Below are positions 16,617 through 24,867 of a stretch of 64,000 bases of DNA, piece after piece. A program made the translations under genes and the position numbers. The notes under the pieces were generated by a model that was not told the origin of the DNA, searched no databases, and saw only the letters and a list, made by a program, of their open reading frames with translations. The stretch is from an uncultured Zetaproteobacteria bacterium. GTDB taxonomy: Bacteria > Pseudomonadota > Zetaproteobacteria > Mariprofundales > Mariprofundaceae. Where the stretch lies: contig CAZYAI010000001.1 of NCBI GenBank assembly GCA_964645625.1, positions 52,968-116,967 on the forward strand, given 5' to 3'. The stretch's first letter is position 1. The number at the start of each line of letters is the position of its first letter.

Positions 16617-19613
16617 TCACCTGCGGGGCAATACAGTTACCTCACTGGCGATGCGCGTCTCTGTACCGTTTAATTTGATAACTCCCGAGATGGTGGCGCG
16701 CCCAGGCTGATGGGCTTGCCAACGCATGGTTTCGCTAATGATGCTGCGATCAGAACTTGTCCACTTAGTATTGTAATCCACCCGCCGTTCGATGGCGTCA
16801 TCGAAGAGACCGACAGCACCGAGCGTCACATCATCCCCTTGATGAATCACTTTCGGTTGAATGATTGCGCGACCGCTGATCAGGCGGGTATTGCTGACCG
16901 ATACGGGTAACCATTGGCTCAGACCGTCACAACTCACTTCTATTTGGTATTGCCCAGACTGCCTAGCCATGATGCCATACAGCCCAGAATAAGATTGACT
17001 GGAATAGAGCAGCTCCTTGTCTAGCGTTAGTCCAGAGGGGGTGGAATGGGCATCGCAATTGTAAGCGTTCAGCGAAATACGGCTGCCATCATCAAGTACC
17101 CCTTCAACTTGCGGAAATAGAACCATCTGCCCTACAGTCAGATCAAGTTTCGATGGTGTCAGTTGTAGATTAAGCAACGAACCTGAGTGAATGGTGACCT
17201 GTTGTTGGTAACGAAAGTGATCAATCGTTGCCACCAGCGTCGCGCGACCTGCGGCCAGTGCCACAAGGCTGCCACCTTCAATGCGCAGAAGTGTTGGTGT
17301 GGTGCTTTTCCATGTGACCAATCGACCATCATCATGGGCGGTGGAACCATCTGAAAAGTGTAATTGGTAGTTTAGTATTTGCCGCAGCCCTTGCATCATC
17401 GATTTCAGTGATGGTTCAAGCGTAATCGCACTCAGGTCGTTGATTACACGGATTTGGTAGGGTGGCGATATGATGTTGCCACACTGCGCCGTCACCGAAG
17501 CTTGCCCCATACGTAAACCATATATGCGCTGCTTGCTAGGACTAGGACGCCTCGAATGCTTCTGTATACGTACAACAGATGGATCACTCACTCGGAAGCT
17601 GCAACCATCAGTCACATCTATTTCTGCACCGGAGGCGAAATTACCTGTTACCTTCAGACTTTGCGGTTGGAATGCAGCGAAGCTGGCGACACCCTCGATT
17701 CGTAGCGATACTGGCAGGCTATCAGCTGCAGCCACAACCATCTGCCGACTGGCCTGAATGGCTGTTCCATCAAGCTCGCAATGTATCGTTGCCTCACCAG
17801 CACCCAATGGATGAAGGGAATATCTACCGCTAACCTCAACCACGGATGGGTTGCTGCTGTGGCATGATGTCACCCTCGGGTGGATGGTAATCAGGTCTCC
17901 TGTGACCTTATCCTTGGCACGCAGTAATGTGGTCAGGGATTCTTGGTGTGGATGCAATAGATAACGTCCCTGCTCATCCACCACTGCGTGTAGCACTTCA
18001 AGCCAAAATGTGCCTGGATCACGGTTCACCTGAACCGTGGTTGAATCGTGGAGTGAACCGAGGGAGGCTGTGATCGTAGCTGTCCCGCTACCCACCATGA
18101 TTGCTACAGGCAATGGCATTTGCCATTTGTCTGAAACTGCCAATACATCGGGCGATGAGGAATGTAGTTGAACCATCTCCCTCAAATCAACCACCTGCTC
18201 ATAAAATTCGCTAGCGGTCAGACCGTAACGGGCAAACACCGTAGTATTATCAAAATCATCGTTTTTCATCGCCTCCAGCACTTGACGCAGGGGGGAGTCA
18301 GGAGGAACACCAAAAGCGTGAAAATACATAACGATGCCTTTCGGGTTGACCATGTAGGGATAGATGAAAACGCGCTCCAGTTGCGGCATCACCTGAATAG
18401 TTTGGCTGACCGTGATGCCAGCAAATGTGGCGCTGATCTCACTCTTGCCAGCACGCTTCGCTAGTAACTGCGGTTCTCCATGCCCCTCAATCAGCTCGAT
18501 AACCTCATGGTTCGATGAGCTAAAGTGCACCCCGTCAGAGCTGTTGGTAAAGGTGATCTGCTCATAGCTGATCTCCACACTGAGATATTGCTGCATCCCT
18601 AGCAACATGATGTTGTTCAGCTTGAGTGCTAGGCTTTTTACCTTGTCTGCTGGGATGATTACCCGCTGGCTGGCAGAAAGCCCTTGCCAAAAGGCGTTAA
18701 TCACCACCTCACCTGGTGCAATAGCCTTGAATCGCACTTGTCCGTTATCGGTCTGTTCCATCGACATCAGCGAGGGGTTGGAGAGTTGCCATTGGATGCC
18801 CTTCCCTAGCGTTACCGTACTGCCGTCACTTAATGTGACGCTTCCCTGTGGATAGTAGAATTGATACAGGTATACGGTTTCTGGCTCTCCATTGCCAAGG
18901 TGCAGGGCGTGGAAGGAGCCTGCTACAACCGCCACTTTGAATGTTCGCTCTATGCCAGAAAACGAGGCGGAGATGGTTGCTACCCCAGGGCGCATGGCGA
19001 CCAGCTGATCAGCATTTGCGATATTTATCACACCGCTCTGATCCAGCTTCCAACGCACTTCATCCCGATGGAGGTTCCGTTGAAAGCGGTCGAACTCGCC
19101 TGCGCCTTGCCACTGCAACGCAATTTGCTCTCCGACGATTATTTTATCTGGCAGCGAGTGGCGAAACCAGCGTTTGCTGAGCGGACGCTGCACAATCACC
19201 CGCTGCACCGCCTCGCCAGTGAGTCCGTCAGAATCGGTTGCTCGCCAGTGAACTGTATGATTGCCAATGGCAAATGGTCCGCTTTGATCGGGAATCGCCT
19301 GCAACGCAGCATCTTTGTCGTCACTGACTGATGCCTTGCCCAGTTCAATAACCGTCAACTCGCCACTTGCTTCCACTACAATATCGGGCGGTGCGGTGAC
19401 GATGGGGATGCCAGAAGATTGGGCGATTGTGCTGTTTATCGTCGCCTGCACCCGACCTAGATCATGGCGTGGCAGTGCTATTTGTGATTTCTGTGGTGCG
19501 AGGGGTAAGGATGAGTCAACCATGACACTTGATTGCTTATGCTCACTCTCAGGCCAAAAGAACCATGCTGCTATCATCAATGTAAGTAGTAATAGAGTAA
19601 GGCTAGGTTTCAT
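16617..19613 (-). CDS. large secreted/surface protein with repeated bacterial Ig-like (Big) folds
   Basis: 998 aa. N-terminal signal/anchor MKPSLTLLLLTLMIAAWFFW. Repeated ~90 aa beta-rich modules with recurring TVTA..G / ATI.A..G patterns typical of Big_2-like domains. Confidence 0.65.
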   Translation of the reverse strand: MKPSLTLLLLTLMIAAWFFWPESEHKQSSVMVDSSLPLAPQKSQIALPRHDLGRVQATINSTIAQSSGIPIVTAPPDIVVEASGELTVIELGKASVSDDKDAALQAIPDQSGPFAIGNHTVHWRATDSDGLTGEAVQRVIVQRPLSKRWFRHSLPDKIIVGEQIALQWQGAGEFDRFQRNLHRDEVRWKLDQSGVINIANADQLVAMRPGVATISASFSGIERTFKVAVVAGSFHALHLGNGEPETVYLYQFYYPQGSVTLSDGSTVTLGKGIQWQLSNPSLMSMEQTDNGQVRFKAIAPGEVVINAFWQGLSASQRVIIPADKVKSLALKLNNIMLLGMQQYLSVEISYEQITFTNSSDGVHFSSSNHEVIELIEGHGEPQLLAKRAGKSEISATFAGITVSQTIQVMPQLERVFIYPYMVNPKGIVMYFHAFGVPPDSPLRQVLEAMKNDDFDNTTVFARYGLTASEFYEQVVDLREMVQLHSSSPDVLAVSDKWQMPLPVAIMVGSGTATITASLGSLHDSTTVQVNRDPGTFWLEVLHAVVDEQGRYLLHPHQESLTTLLRAKDKVTGDLITIHPRVTSCHSSNPSVVEVSGRYSLHPLGAGEATIHCELDGTAIQASRQMVVAAADSLPVSLRIEGVASFAAFQPQSLKVTGNFASGAEIDVTDGCSFRVSDPSVVRIQKHSRRPSPSKQRIYGLRMGQASVTAQCGNIISPPYQIRVINDLSAITLEPSLKSMMQGLRQILNYQLHFSDGSTAHDDGRLVTWKSTTPTLLRIEGGSLVALAAGRATLVATIDHFRYQQQVTIHSGSLLNLQLTPSKLDLTVGQMVLFPQVEGVLDDGSRISLNAYNCDAHSTPSGLTLDKELLYSSQSYSGLYGIMARQSGQYQIEVSCDGLSQWLPVSVSNTRLISGRAIIQPKVIHQGDDVTLGAVGLFDDAIERRVDYNTKWTSSDRSIISETMRWQAHQPGRATISGVIKLNGTETRIASEVTVLPRR

Positions 19614-19925
19614 GTCTCGCTTTCATCCGCCAGAAAGTCTGAGTGCCGCTGTCGCGTACAATAGCATTGGTCAGAACATGCTTCAAAAGCACACAGCTTG
19701 AAGCAATAAAAACGGAAAATAGGGTCAGGTCTCGGTATTGATAGTTTTTATCGCTATACCTGAACATTCCCCTGCCCTTCCTTGTTTATTCTGTAAGCCG
19801 TTGATATGCAATCATAAGCAAGAAATGCACAGGTGTAAATTATATTCCCTGTATTCGCGCTACAACCAACACAACTCCATTTAACAGATGCTGTTTGGTT
19901 TTAGAAACGGGATTAGACTTCGGGA

Positions 19926-20126
19926 GTAGGGGCTTTCCGTTTAAGACGGGACAAAAGCAATATGGATATGCGAAACATACAAGGTTGTGGTTGAGGTACG
20001 AAACCCAACTTTAAAACAACAATACGTTATTTAGGCTATGCTCCTTTGTTGGGTTTCGTGCCTCAACCCAACCTACATGGTGGTCTTGTAGTGTACGTGC
20101 GTCCCGTCTTAAAAGGGAAGCCAGAG
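19926..20126. repeat. ~200 nt long imperfect palindrome (two stems separated by a ~30 nt internal bubble, ~36 nt apical loop); candidate structured ncRNA or MITE
   Basis: GGCTTTCCGTTTAAGACGGGAC (19932) pairs with GTCCCGTCTTAAAAGGGAAGCC (20102). GGTTGTGGTTGAGGTACGAAACCCAAC (19982) pairs with GTTGGGTTTCGTGCCTCAACCCAACC (20048). The arms diverge only in the central segment. Confidence 0.6.
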
Positions 20127-20275
20127 TAGGCATTGTTTACTTTTTTCGGTGTTAACAATCAACCAGATATTTGATAAACATTCGCTTTAATAGAAAATAC
20201 CACCAATTTCGAAGCCTGAGCCTCCGTCCCATTTTTATTATGATTTAGTCAATACTTGCTTGAATTTAGGTCTGT

Positions 20276-20482
20276 TTAACGTGCATGCTTTGCTTTTAAC
20301 GCCTCAAGAGGTATGAATTTGGCTTGCCCGTTTTTGATTTTGTTCTTTATCGCTGAAAGAATCTCTTCATGCCATCCGGGTGGTTGGAGATCATTTGTTT
20401 CGTGCGTTAGCGAGTCCCAGAGCATTTCCATCATCTGAAGGCGTTCAATCACGCTCATTTTTGAGATTTCACCGATATTCAT
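20276..20482 (-). CDS. putative addiction-module antitoxin component (PF09720/TIGR02574-like)
   Basis: 68 aa. MSVIERLQMMEMLWDSL...PPGWHEEILSAIKNKIKNGQAKFIPLEALKAKHAR fits the conserved E(R)L.LME.LWDSL...W...I pattern of this family. AAAGGAGAG RBS 7 nt upstream. Confidence 0.7.
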   Translation of the reverse strand: MNIGEISKMSVIERLQMMEMLWDSLTHETNDLQPPGWHEEILSAIKNKIKNGQAKFIPLEALKAKHAR

Positions 20483-20489
20483 ATTTATG

Positions 20490-20666
20490 CTACTCTCCTT
20501 TAGATCGCTTCCAAATAATGGGGCAGGCTTCGGTATTCATGGTTCGTACATGAAAGTGATTATTGCAATCACTTTCATGCCAATAGCTATCAGCTTCCAT
20601 GCGTTGCCAATGATCATCGGGCTGAAACGTTGGAACAGTCGGAACGGATCCATAGTGAAACTTCAT
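20490..20666 (-). CDS. small hypothetical ORF (58 aa) immediately upstream of the antitoxin-like gene
   Basis: MKFHYGSVPTVPTFQPDDHWQRMEADSYWHESDCNNHFHVRTMNTEACPIIWKRSKGE. Its stop is 7 nt before the antitoxin ATG. No family recognised. Below the 60 aa cutoff of the ORF track. Confidence 0.3.
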   Translation of the reverse strand: MKFHYGSVPTVPTFQPDDHWQRMEADSYWHESDCNNHFHVRTMNTEACPIIWKRSKGE

Positions 20667-20734
20667 CGTAGTTACGCACTCTATCTTGAATACAGTACGG
20701 GCAGCAGCGATGTAGAATGAAATGCCAACAGAGC

Positions 20735-21190
20735 CTAATCTTCGGTCAGGTTCACTACACCATGTTTGGCTTTGATTGATACCTCACGTTCTAATAAATC
20801 TAAACCTTGCAATAGTACTTTGGAATCAGCGCGTAGTCGCGGCAATAAAGCGGCGGCTTCTTCAAGGCGTTCATCATGGTATGCCTTGCTTGAACCAAAC
20901 CATTTACTGAGCAGTGAACGGTCATCCTCACCATATAATAATTTAAAAATCTGCTGGTAGGTGTGGTGCAAGTTTGCATGTGGCACTTCTAAGCCACTGT
21001 AAGAAGATAGCGCGCGTAAACCACGACCATCACCGTTATACCATTGACCAAACCCGCAATCGGTTGGCAATACAGGTACTTGGTCTTTATCCAACGGCAG
21101 ACCATTGACCAAACCTTCTGCTCGCGCCACCCAGCGCAAGTGCGCAAGACGAGCATTCTCAATATGTTCTATAATGGTGTCGAGCTTCAT
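20735..21190 (-). CDS. stand-alone CZB (chemoreceptor zinc-binding) domain protein
   Basis: 151 aa: ...[15 protein letters not shown]...[13 protein letters not shown]...HANLHHTY... matches the H..W / C.FG.W / H..H zinc-binding core of CZB domains. Confidence 0.6.
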   Translation of the reverse strand: MKLDTIIEHIENARLAHLRWVARAEGLVNGLPLDKDQVPVLPTDCGFGQWYNGDGRGLRALSSYSGLEVPHANLHHTYQQIFKLLYGEDDRSLLSKWFGSSKAYHDERLEEAAALLPRLRADSKVLLQGLDLLEREVSIKAKHGVVNLTED

Positions 21191-21366
21191 TACATTTCTC
21201 CTTGCATGTTACATAGCAGCCACGAACTATGCCAAAATTTTATGGGTTTAGCGATAGTGCAAAGCGTGGCTTTCTATCATCTTGTTGGCACACTGTGCGC
21301 CGCCTTAATGAAGATGGCTTCATTGTGCGGATTACACTACCACCTAATAAACAATGCAGGATTACA

Positions 21367-21589
21367 TATGAGCCAAGAACAACCCAATAACCCTTTACAC
21401 GGGCTGACGCTTAAAACGATTTTAGAACGGTTGGTGGAGCAATACGGCTGGGAAGAATTAGGCTTTAAAATCAATATTCGTTGTTTTTACCATGAGCCCA
21501 GCATCAACTCCAGTTTGAAGTTTTTGCGTAAAACACCGTGGGCAAGGAAGAAAGTGGAAAACCTCTATTTGGAATCGCAACAGCAGTGA
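21367..21589 (+). CDS. small conserved protein, DUF2132 (VF530-like)
   Basis: [67 protein letters not shown]: family hallmark L.G.TL..IL..LV..YGWE.L.....CF...[20 protein letters not shown]. The listed ORF from 21044 is an upstream extension. Confidence 0.65.
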
Positions 21590-22794
21590 TGATGAAGCAA
21601 CGCGATGTATTGATTATCGGAGCTGGTGCAGCGGGATTGATGTGTGCCAAAACATTGGCGGCTGGCGGCGTATCGGTAACGTTGATTGATCATGCTGATA
21701 AAGTCGGCAAGAAAATCCTTATTTCTGGTGGTGGACGTTGTAACTTTACCAACCGTCATGTGACGGCTGCCAATTATATTTCTGACAACCCGCATTTTTG
21801 CAAGTCGGCACTGGCGCGCTATGGCGCGGCAGATTTTATTGCCGATGTCGAAAGGCATGGCATTGCCTACCATGAACGTGAACATGGCCAGCTATTTTGC
21901 AATGATTCGGCTAAAGCCATTGTGGCAATGTTGGTTGATGATTGTCGTTCGGGTGATGTTGTTTTTGCTTTGCAACGTGAGGTGAAAGGGCTCACGCGTG
22001 ATGACAGCACTGGTATATTTACCCTACAAACGCAGCGTGAAGTTTACCAAGCTCCAACCGTTGTGGTTGCTACAGGTGGACTTTCTATCCCCAAAATGGG
22101 CGCGACCGCGTTAGGTCTCAAGCTGGCTGAGCAATTTGCTTGCCCTGTGGTAACACCGCGTGCCAGTCTTGTTCCCTTCACTTTTTCGGGGGCTTTGGGT
22201 GTTTCGTTTAAGGATTTGGCGGGCATTGCCGTGCCTGTTACCGTCTCGTGTCGCCGTCATCGTTTTAGTGAGGCGATGTTATTTACCCATCGCGGCGTTT
22301 CTGGTCCTGCTATGCTGCAAATATCATCATATTGGCAACCAGGTGATTGTTTAGAAGTTGATCTACTGCCTACGTTGGACGTTACGGCGTGGCTTCATGA
22401 ACAACGCAAACAACGCCCCGATGCGCAATTACCTACGGTACTGGCAACGCAATTACCCAAGCGTTTGGTCAAGTTGTTATGCCAGCAAATCGGCATTCAC
22501 AGTACAGTAAAAGCGATGAGTCCGACACAGTTACAGACTGTTGCAGCGCATTTACAACATTGGCAGATCAAGCCGTCTGCGACCGAAGGCTACCGTACTG
22601 CCGAAGCGACCGCCGGCGGTGTTAGTACCAAAGTGTTATCCTCCACTACCATGATGGTCAAGCATGTGCCGAGGCTTTATTTTATTGGTGAGGTCGTTGA
22701 TGTAACAGGGCAGTTAGGCGGCTTCAACTTCCAATGGGCGTGGTCATCCGCCTATTGTGCGGCACAAGCGATTATAAAAGGTCAGCACCAGTAA
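21589..22794 (+). CDS. NAD(P)/FAD-dependent oxidoreductase of the HI0933/BaiN (aminoacetone oxidase-like) family
   Basis: DVLIIGAGAAGLMCA dinucleotide-binding motif, ISGGGRCNFTN, and a C-terminal GEVVDVTGQLGGFNFQWAWSSAY typical of this family. The start overlaps the DUF2132 stop (TGATGATG). Confidence 0.8.
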   Translation: MMKQRDVLIIGAGAAGLMCAKTLAAGGVSVTLIDHADKVGKKILISGGGRCNFTNRHVTAANYISDNPHFCKSALARYGAADFIADVERHGIAYHEREHGQLFCNDSAKAIVAMLVDDCRSGDVVFALQREVKGLTRDDSTGIFTLQTQREVYQAPTVVVATGGLSIPKMGATALGLKLAEQFACPVVTPRASLVPFTFSGALGVSFKDLAGIAVPVTVSCRRHRFSEAMLFTHRGVSGPAMLQISSYWQPGDCLEVDLLPTLDVTAWLHEQRKQRPDAQLPTVLATQLPKRLVKLLCQQIGIHSTVKAMSPTQLQTVAAHLQHWQIKPSATEGYRTAEATAGGVSTKVLSSTTMMVKHVPRLYFIGEVVDVTGQLGGFNFQWAWSSAYCAAQAIIKGQHQ

Positions 22795-22812
22795 GCCTTG
22801 CCCGATGTTTTG

Positions 22813-23661
22813 CTATTTTGGCGAAGTATCATGCGCTGATGGTTTATCGCGAATTAACGTTACAGGCATGGGTTCGGTGACGCTACCCGAATAAATGCTG
22901 AGGTGGGGAAAGGGGATTTCAATGTTTTCGGCATCAAATGCCAGTTTGATTTCTTCATGGATCGTGGTTTTTAGGGTGATAAAGTTCTCCCTAGCTGTCC
23001 AGAGAGAAAACTGGATGTTTAAAGCAGAGTCACCAAACCCCTGAAAAATAAACAGTGGTTCGGGGTAATCCATGGCTAGAACGTTATATTTAGCTACATT
23101 TTCTAGCGTCTTTTTGACGTGTTCGATATTCTCTTTGTAGGCAACTCCAAGCTGCACATCCAGACGACGAATAGGAAAATGCGTTAACGTAACCACCGAA
23201 GCCTTCATGACATTTTCGTTAGGAATACGGACATAGAGGTTATCAAAAGTGCGTAGTTTGATTGAGATTAAATCAATAGAAATTACCTCACCTGTCACAT
23301 CATCAATACGGATGACATCACCGATTTCAAACGTGTGGTCAAACAGTAGAAAGATGCCGCTGATAATGTTTGAGACCGCTGTTTGCGCTGCAAAACCAAT
23401 GGCTACGGTAAAAATACCAGCAGCACCTAGCAGCACACTAAGGCTAAAGCCAAGCTCCCGTAAGGCCATAATAATAAATATAACCACAATCAGATAAAAA
23501 ACGACTCGACCAATAATTTTGCCGTAATGTTTAGATGTTTTTTTGCATACGACTCGAGTTGTTAGGCTAGATAGTGTTGATGCGGCAATGAAGCCGGTAA
23601 GCAATAACAATAATGCACGCAGTAACTCGGCTGGTGGGTGACTAGAAAACAACTCGCTCAT
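22813..23661 (-). CDS. small-conductance mechanosensitive channel, MscS family
   Basis: TM3/pore region AIGFAAQTAVSNIISGIFLLFDHTFEIGDVIRIDDVTGEVISIDLISIKLRTFDNLYVRIPN is the MscS signature. ATG at 23661 has an AAGGA RBS and overlaps the upstream gene's stop by 4 nt. Confidence 0.8.
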   Translation of the reverse strand: MSELFSSHPPAELLRALLLLLTGFIAASTLSSLTTRVVCKKTSKHYGKIIGRVVFYLIVVIFIIMALRELGFSLSVLLGAAGIFTVAIGFAAQTAVSNIISGIFLLFDHTFEIGDVIRIDDVTGEVISIDLISIKLRTFDNLYVRIPNENVMKASVVTLTHFPIRRLDVQLGVAYKENIEHVKKTLENVAKYNVLAMDYPEPLFIFQGFGDSALNIQFSLWTARENFITLKTTIHEEIKLAFDAENIEIPFPHLSIYSGSVTEPMPVTLIRDKPSAHDTSPK

Positions 23662-24521
23662 GTCATCCTTCCAACCCATTTGTCGAAGGTCGAAATCCAG
23701 TCTTCCATCACACTGGATATCCGTGGTGTAGTAAGTAACTGGCAATCATGGCCAGCTTCATGAGGTGCTGCATCACCTAGCTTTACGGTAATGTTATCTT
23801 GCTCGTGTTTTAGCGTCATACTTACTTCATTTGTCCATAGCATGCCATCGCTGGCCGCAAACAGGGATAGGCGAGGTGCAGGAATAGCCAAGCGGGAAAA
23901 GGGTATGCTATTTTCTCCATGGTAAGCAAGATGCAATGGTGTTACGGCGCGGTATTGCCGTAATGGTAATTCAGCTATGTGAACCCGAGCATTAGTCTGG
24001 CTGGCATAGGCAAGGCGACCAGTTTGGGTGTTGCTACCAAACCAAGTATCGGAAGGTCTAAATATTGGCGTTTCGAATAAAACAAGGGGCGTATCATTGC
24101 ACGGCTGTTCGATACTCAACCACAACGGCAGACTGATGTACAAAGTCACCTTTGCACCAGATGTTAGAGTAATGGGTGTGATTGGACTGGCAATAACATC
24201 TCTGTCTGGCAGAGCTGGGCGTAGGCGGATACGCGAATTATCCAATGAAAAGGAGCGTTGGCGGCAACAGTCAATATCGAATTGTGATTCATCAGTCTGT
24301 TTCAGTAACATCATAGCTGGTTGCTCTGGCTCGAATGGTGGATCTTTGGGGATGCTGTGAAAACGCCAATGCTCCTCGCGACGGCAGATGCCGATCGCAC
24401 GTTCGCCAAAATGCAACCAGATACCTTCGCCTACAGATAGCTGAAAGTCCTTCCAGCAATTATCTACCATCGGTTCGGGTATCTGGTTGCCTTGATGGGT
24501 GTTATTCAATAATTTTCCCAA
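23658..24521 (-). CDS. hypothetical protein (287 aa), translationally coupled to mscS
   Basis: Long ORF with coding-like composition. ATGA overlap with mscS. No family recognised. The start may be the internal MVDNCW codon at 24470. Confidence 0.5.
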   Translation of the reverse strand: MGKLLNNTHQGNQIPEPMVDNCWKDFQLSVGEGIWLHFGERAIGICRREEHWRFHSIPKDPPFEPEQPAMMLLKQTDESQFDIDCCRQRSFSLDNSRIRLRPALPDRDVIASPITPITLTSGAKVTLYISLPLWLSIEQPCNDTPLVLFETPIFRPSDTWFGSNTQTGRLAYASQTNARVHIAELPLRQYRAVTPLHLAYHGENSIPFSRLAIPAPRLSLFAASDGMLWTNEVSMTLKHEQDNITVKLGDAAPHEAGHDCQLLTTPRISSVMEDWISTFDKWVGRMT

Positions 24522-24682
24522 TCGTCTTGGTCATCGTTCTGTTGCTCGTTGTCCTTGGTGCGGCGTTTTTTTTGCTGCTTATGCTTTCTCTTGTCGCGTT
24601 CTTCGATGAACTCGTCATCGTTCCAGTCATCATCCTGATACTGATCAATATCTTTGTACCATTCATTATCGCTGTGGCGCAT
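24506..24682 (-). CDS. small, extremely charged protein (58 aa, D/E/K/R/Q/N-rich, 3 Trp)
   Basis: MRHSDNEWYKDIDQYQDDDWNDDEFIEERDKRKHKQQKKRRTKDNEQQNDDQDDWENY. GGAGAAAGG RBS 4 nt upstream of the ATG at 24682. First gene of the apparent operon small-ORF / 287 aa / mscS. Confidence 0.35.
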   Translation of the reverse strand: MRHSDNEWYKDIDQYQDDDWNDDEFIEERDKRKHKQQKKRRTKDNEQQNDDQDDWENY

Positions 24683-24867
24683 ACCTTTCTCCAAAGGAAT
24701 GATTGTTTAGAGAGTTTATATCTCTCGCGGCGAATCATAGCAGCGGTGTGATTTCACAAGCAATAGGGTAAAGTTTACACGTAAGCAACCAAGGTGAGCA
24801 GTAGCAACTTTTTTGGCATACTACTCATGCTACTGGTCAATAGGAACTAAACTTCTATGCTACGGGG

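Noticed and set aside
20487-20720. 77 aa plus-strand ORF opposite the small minus-strand ORF
   Set aside because: No RBS. It overlaps the better-supported minus-strand reading frame that couples to the antitoxin gene. Likely spurious.
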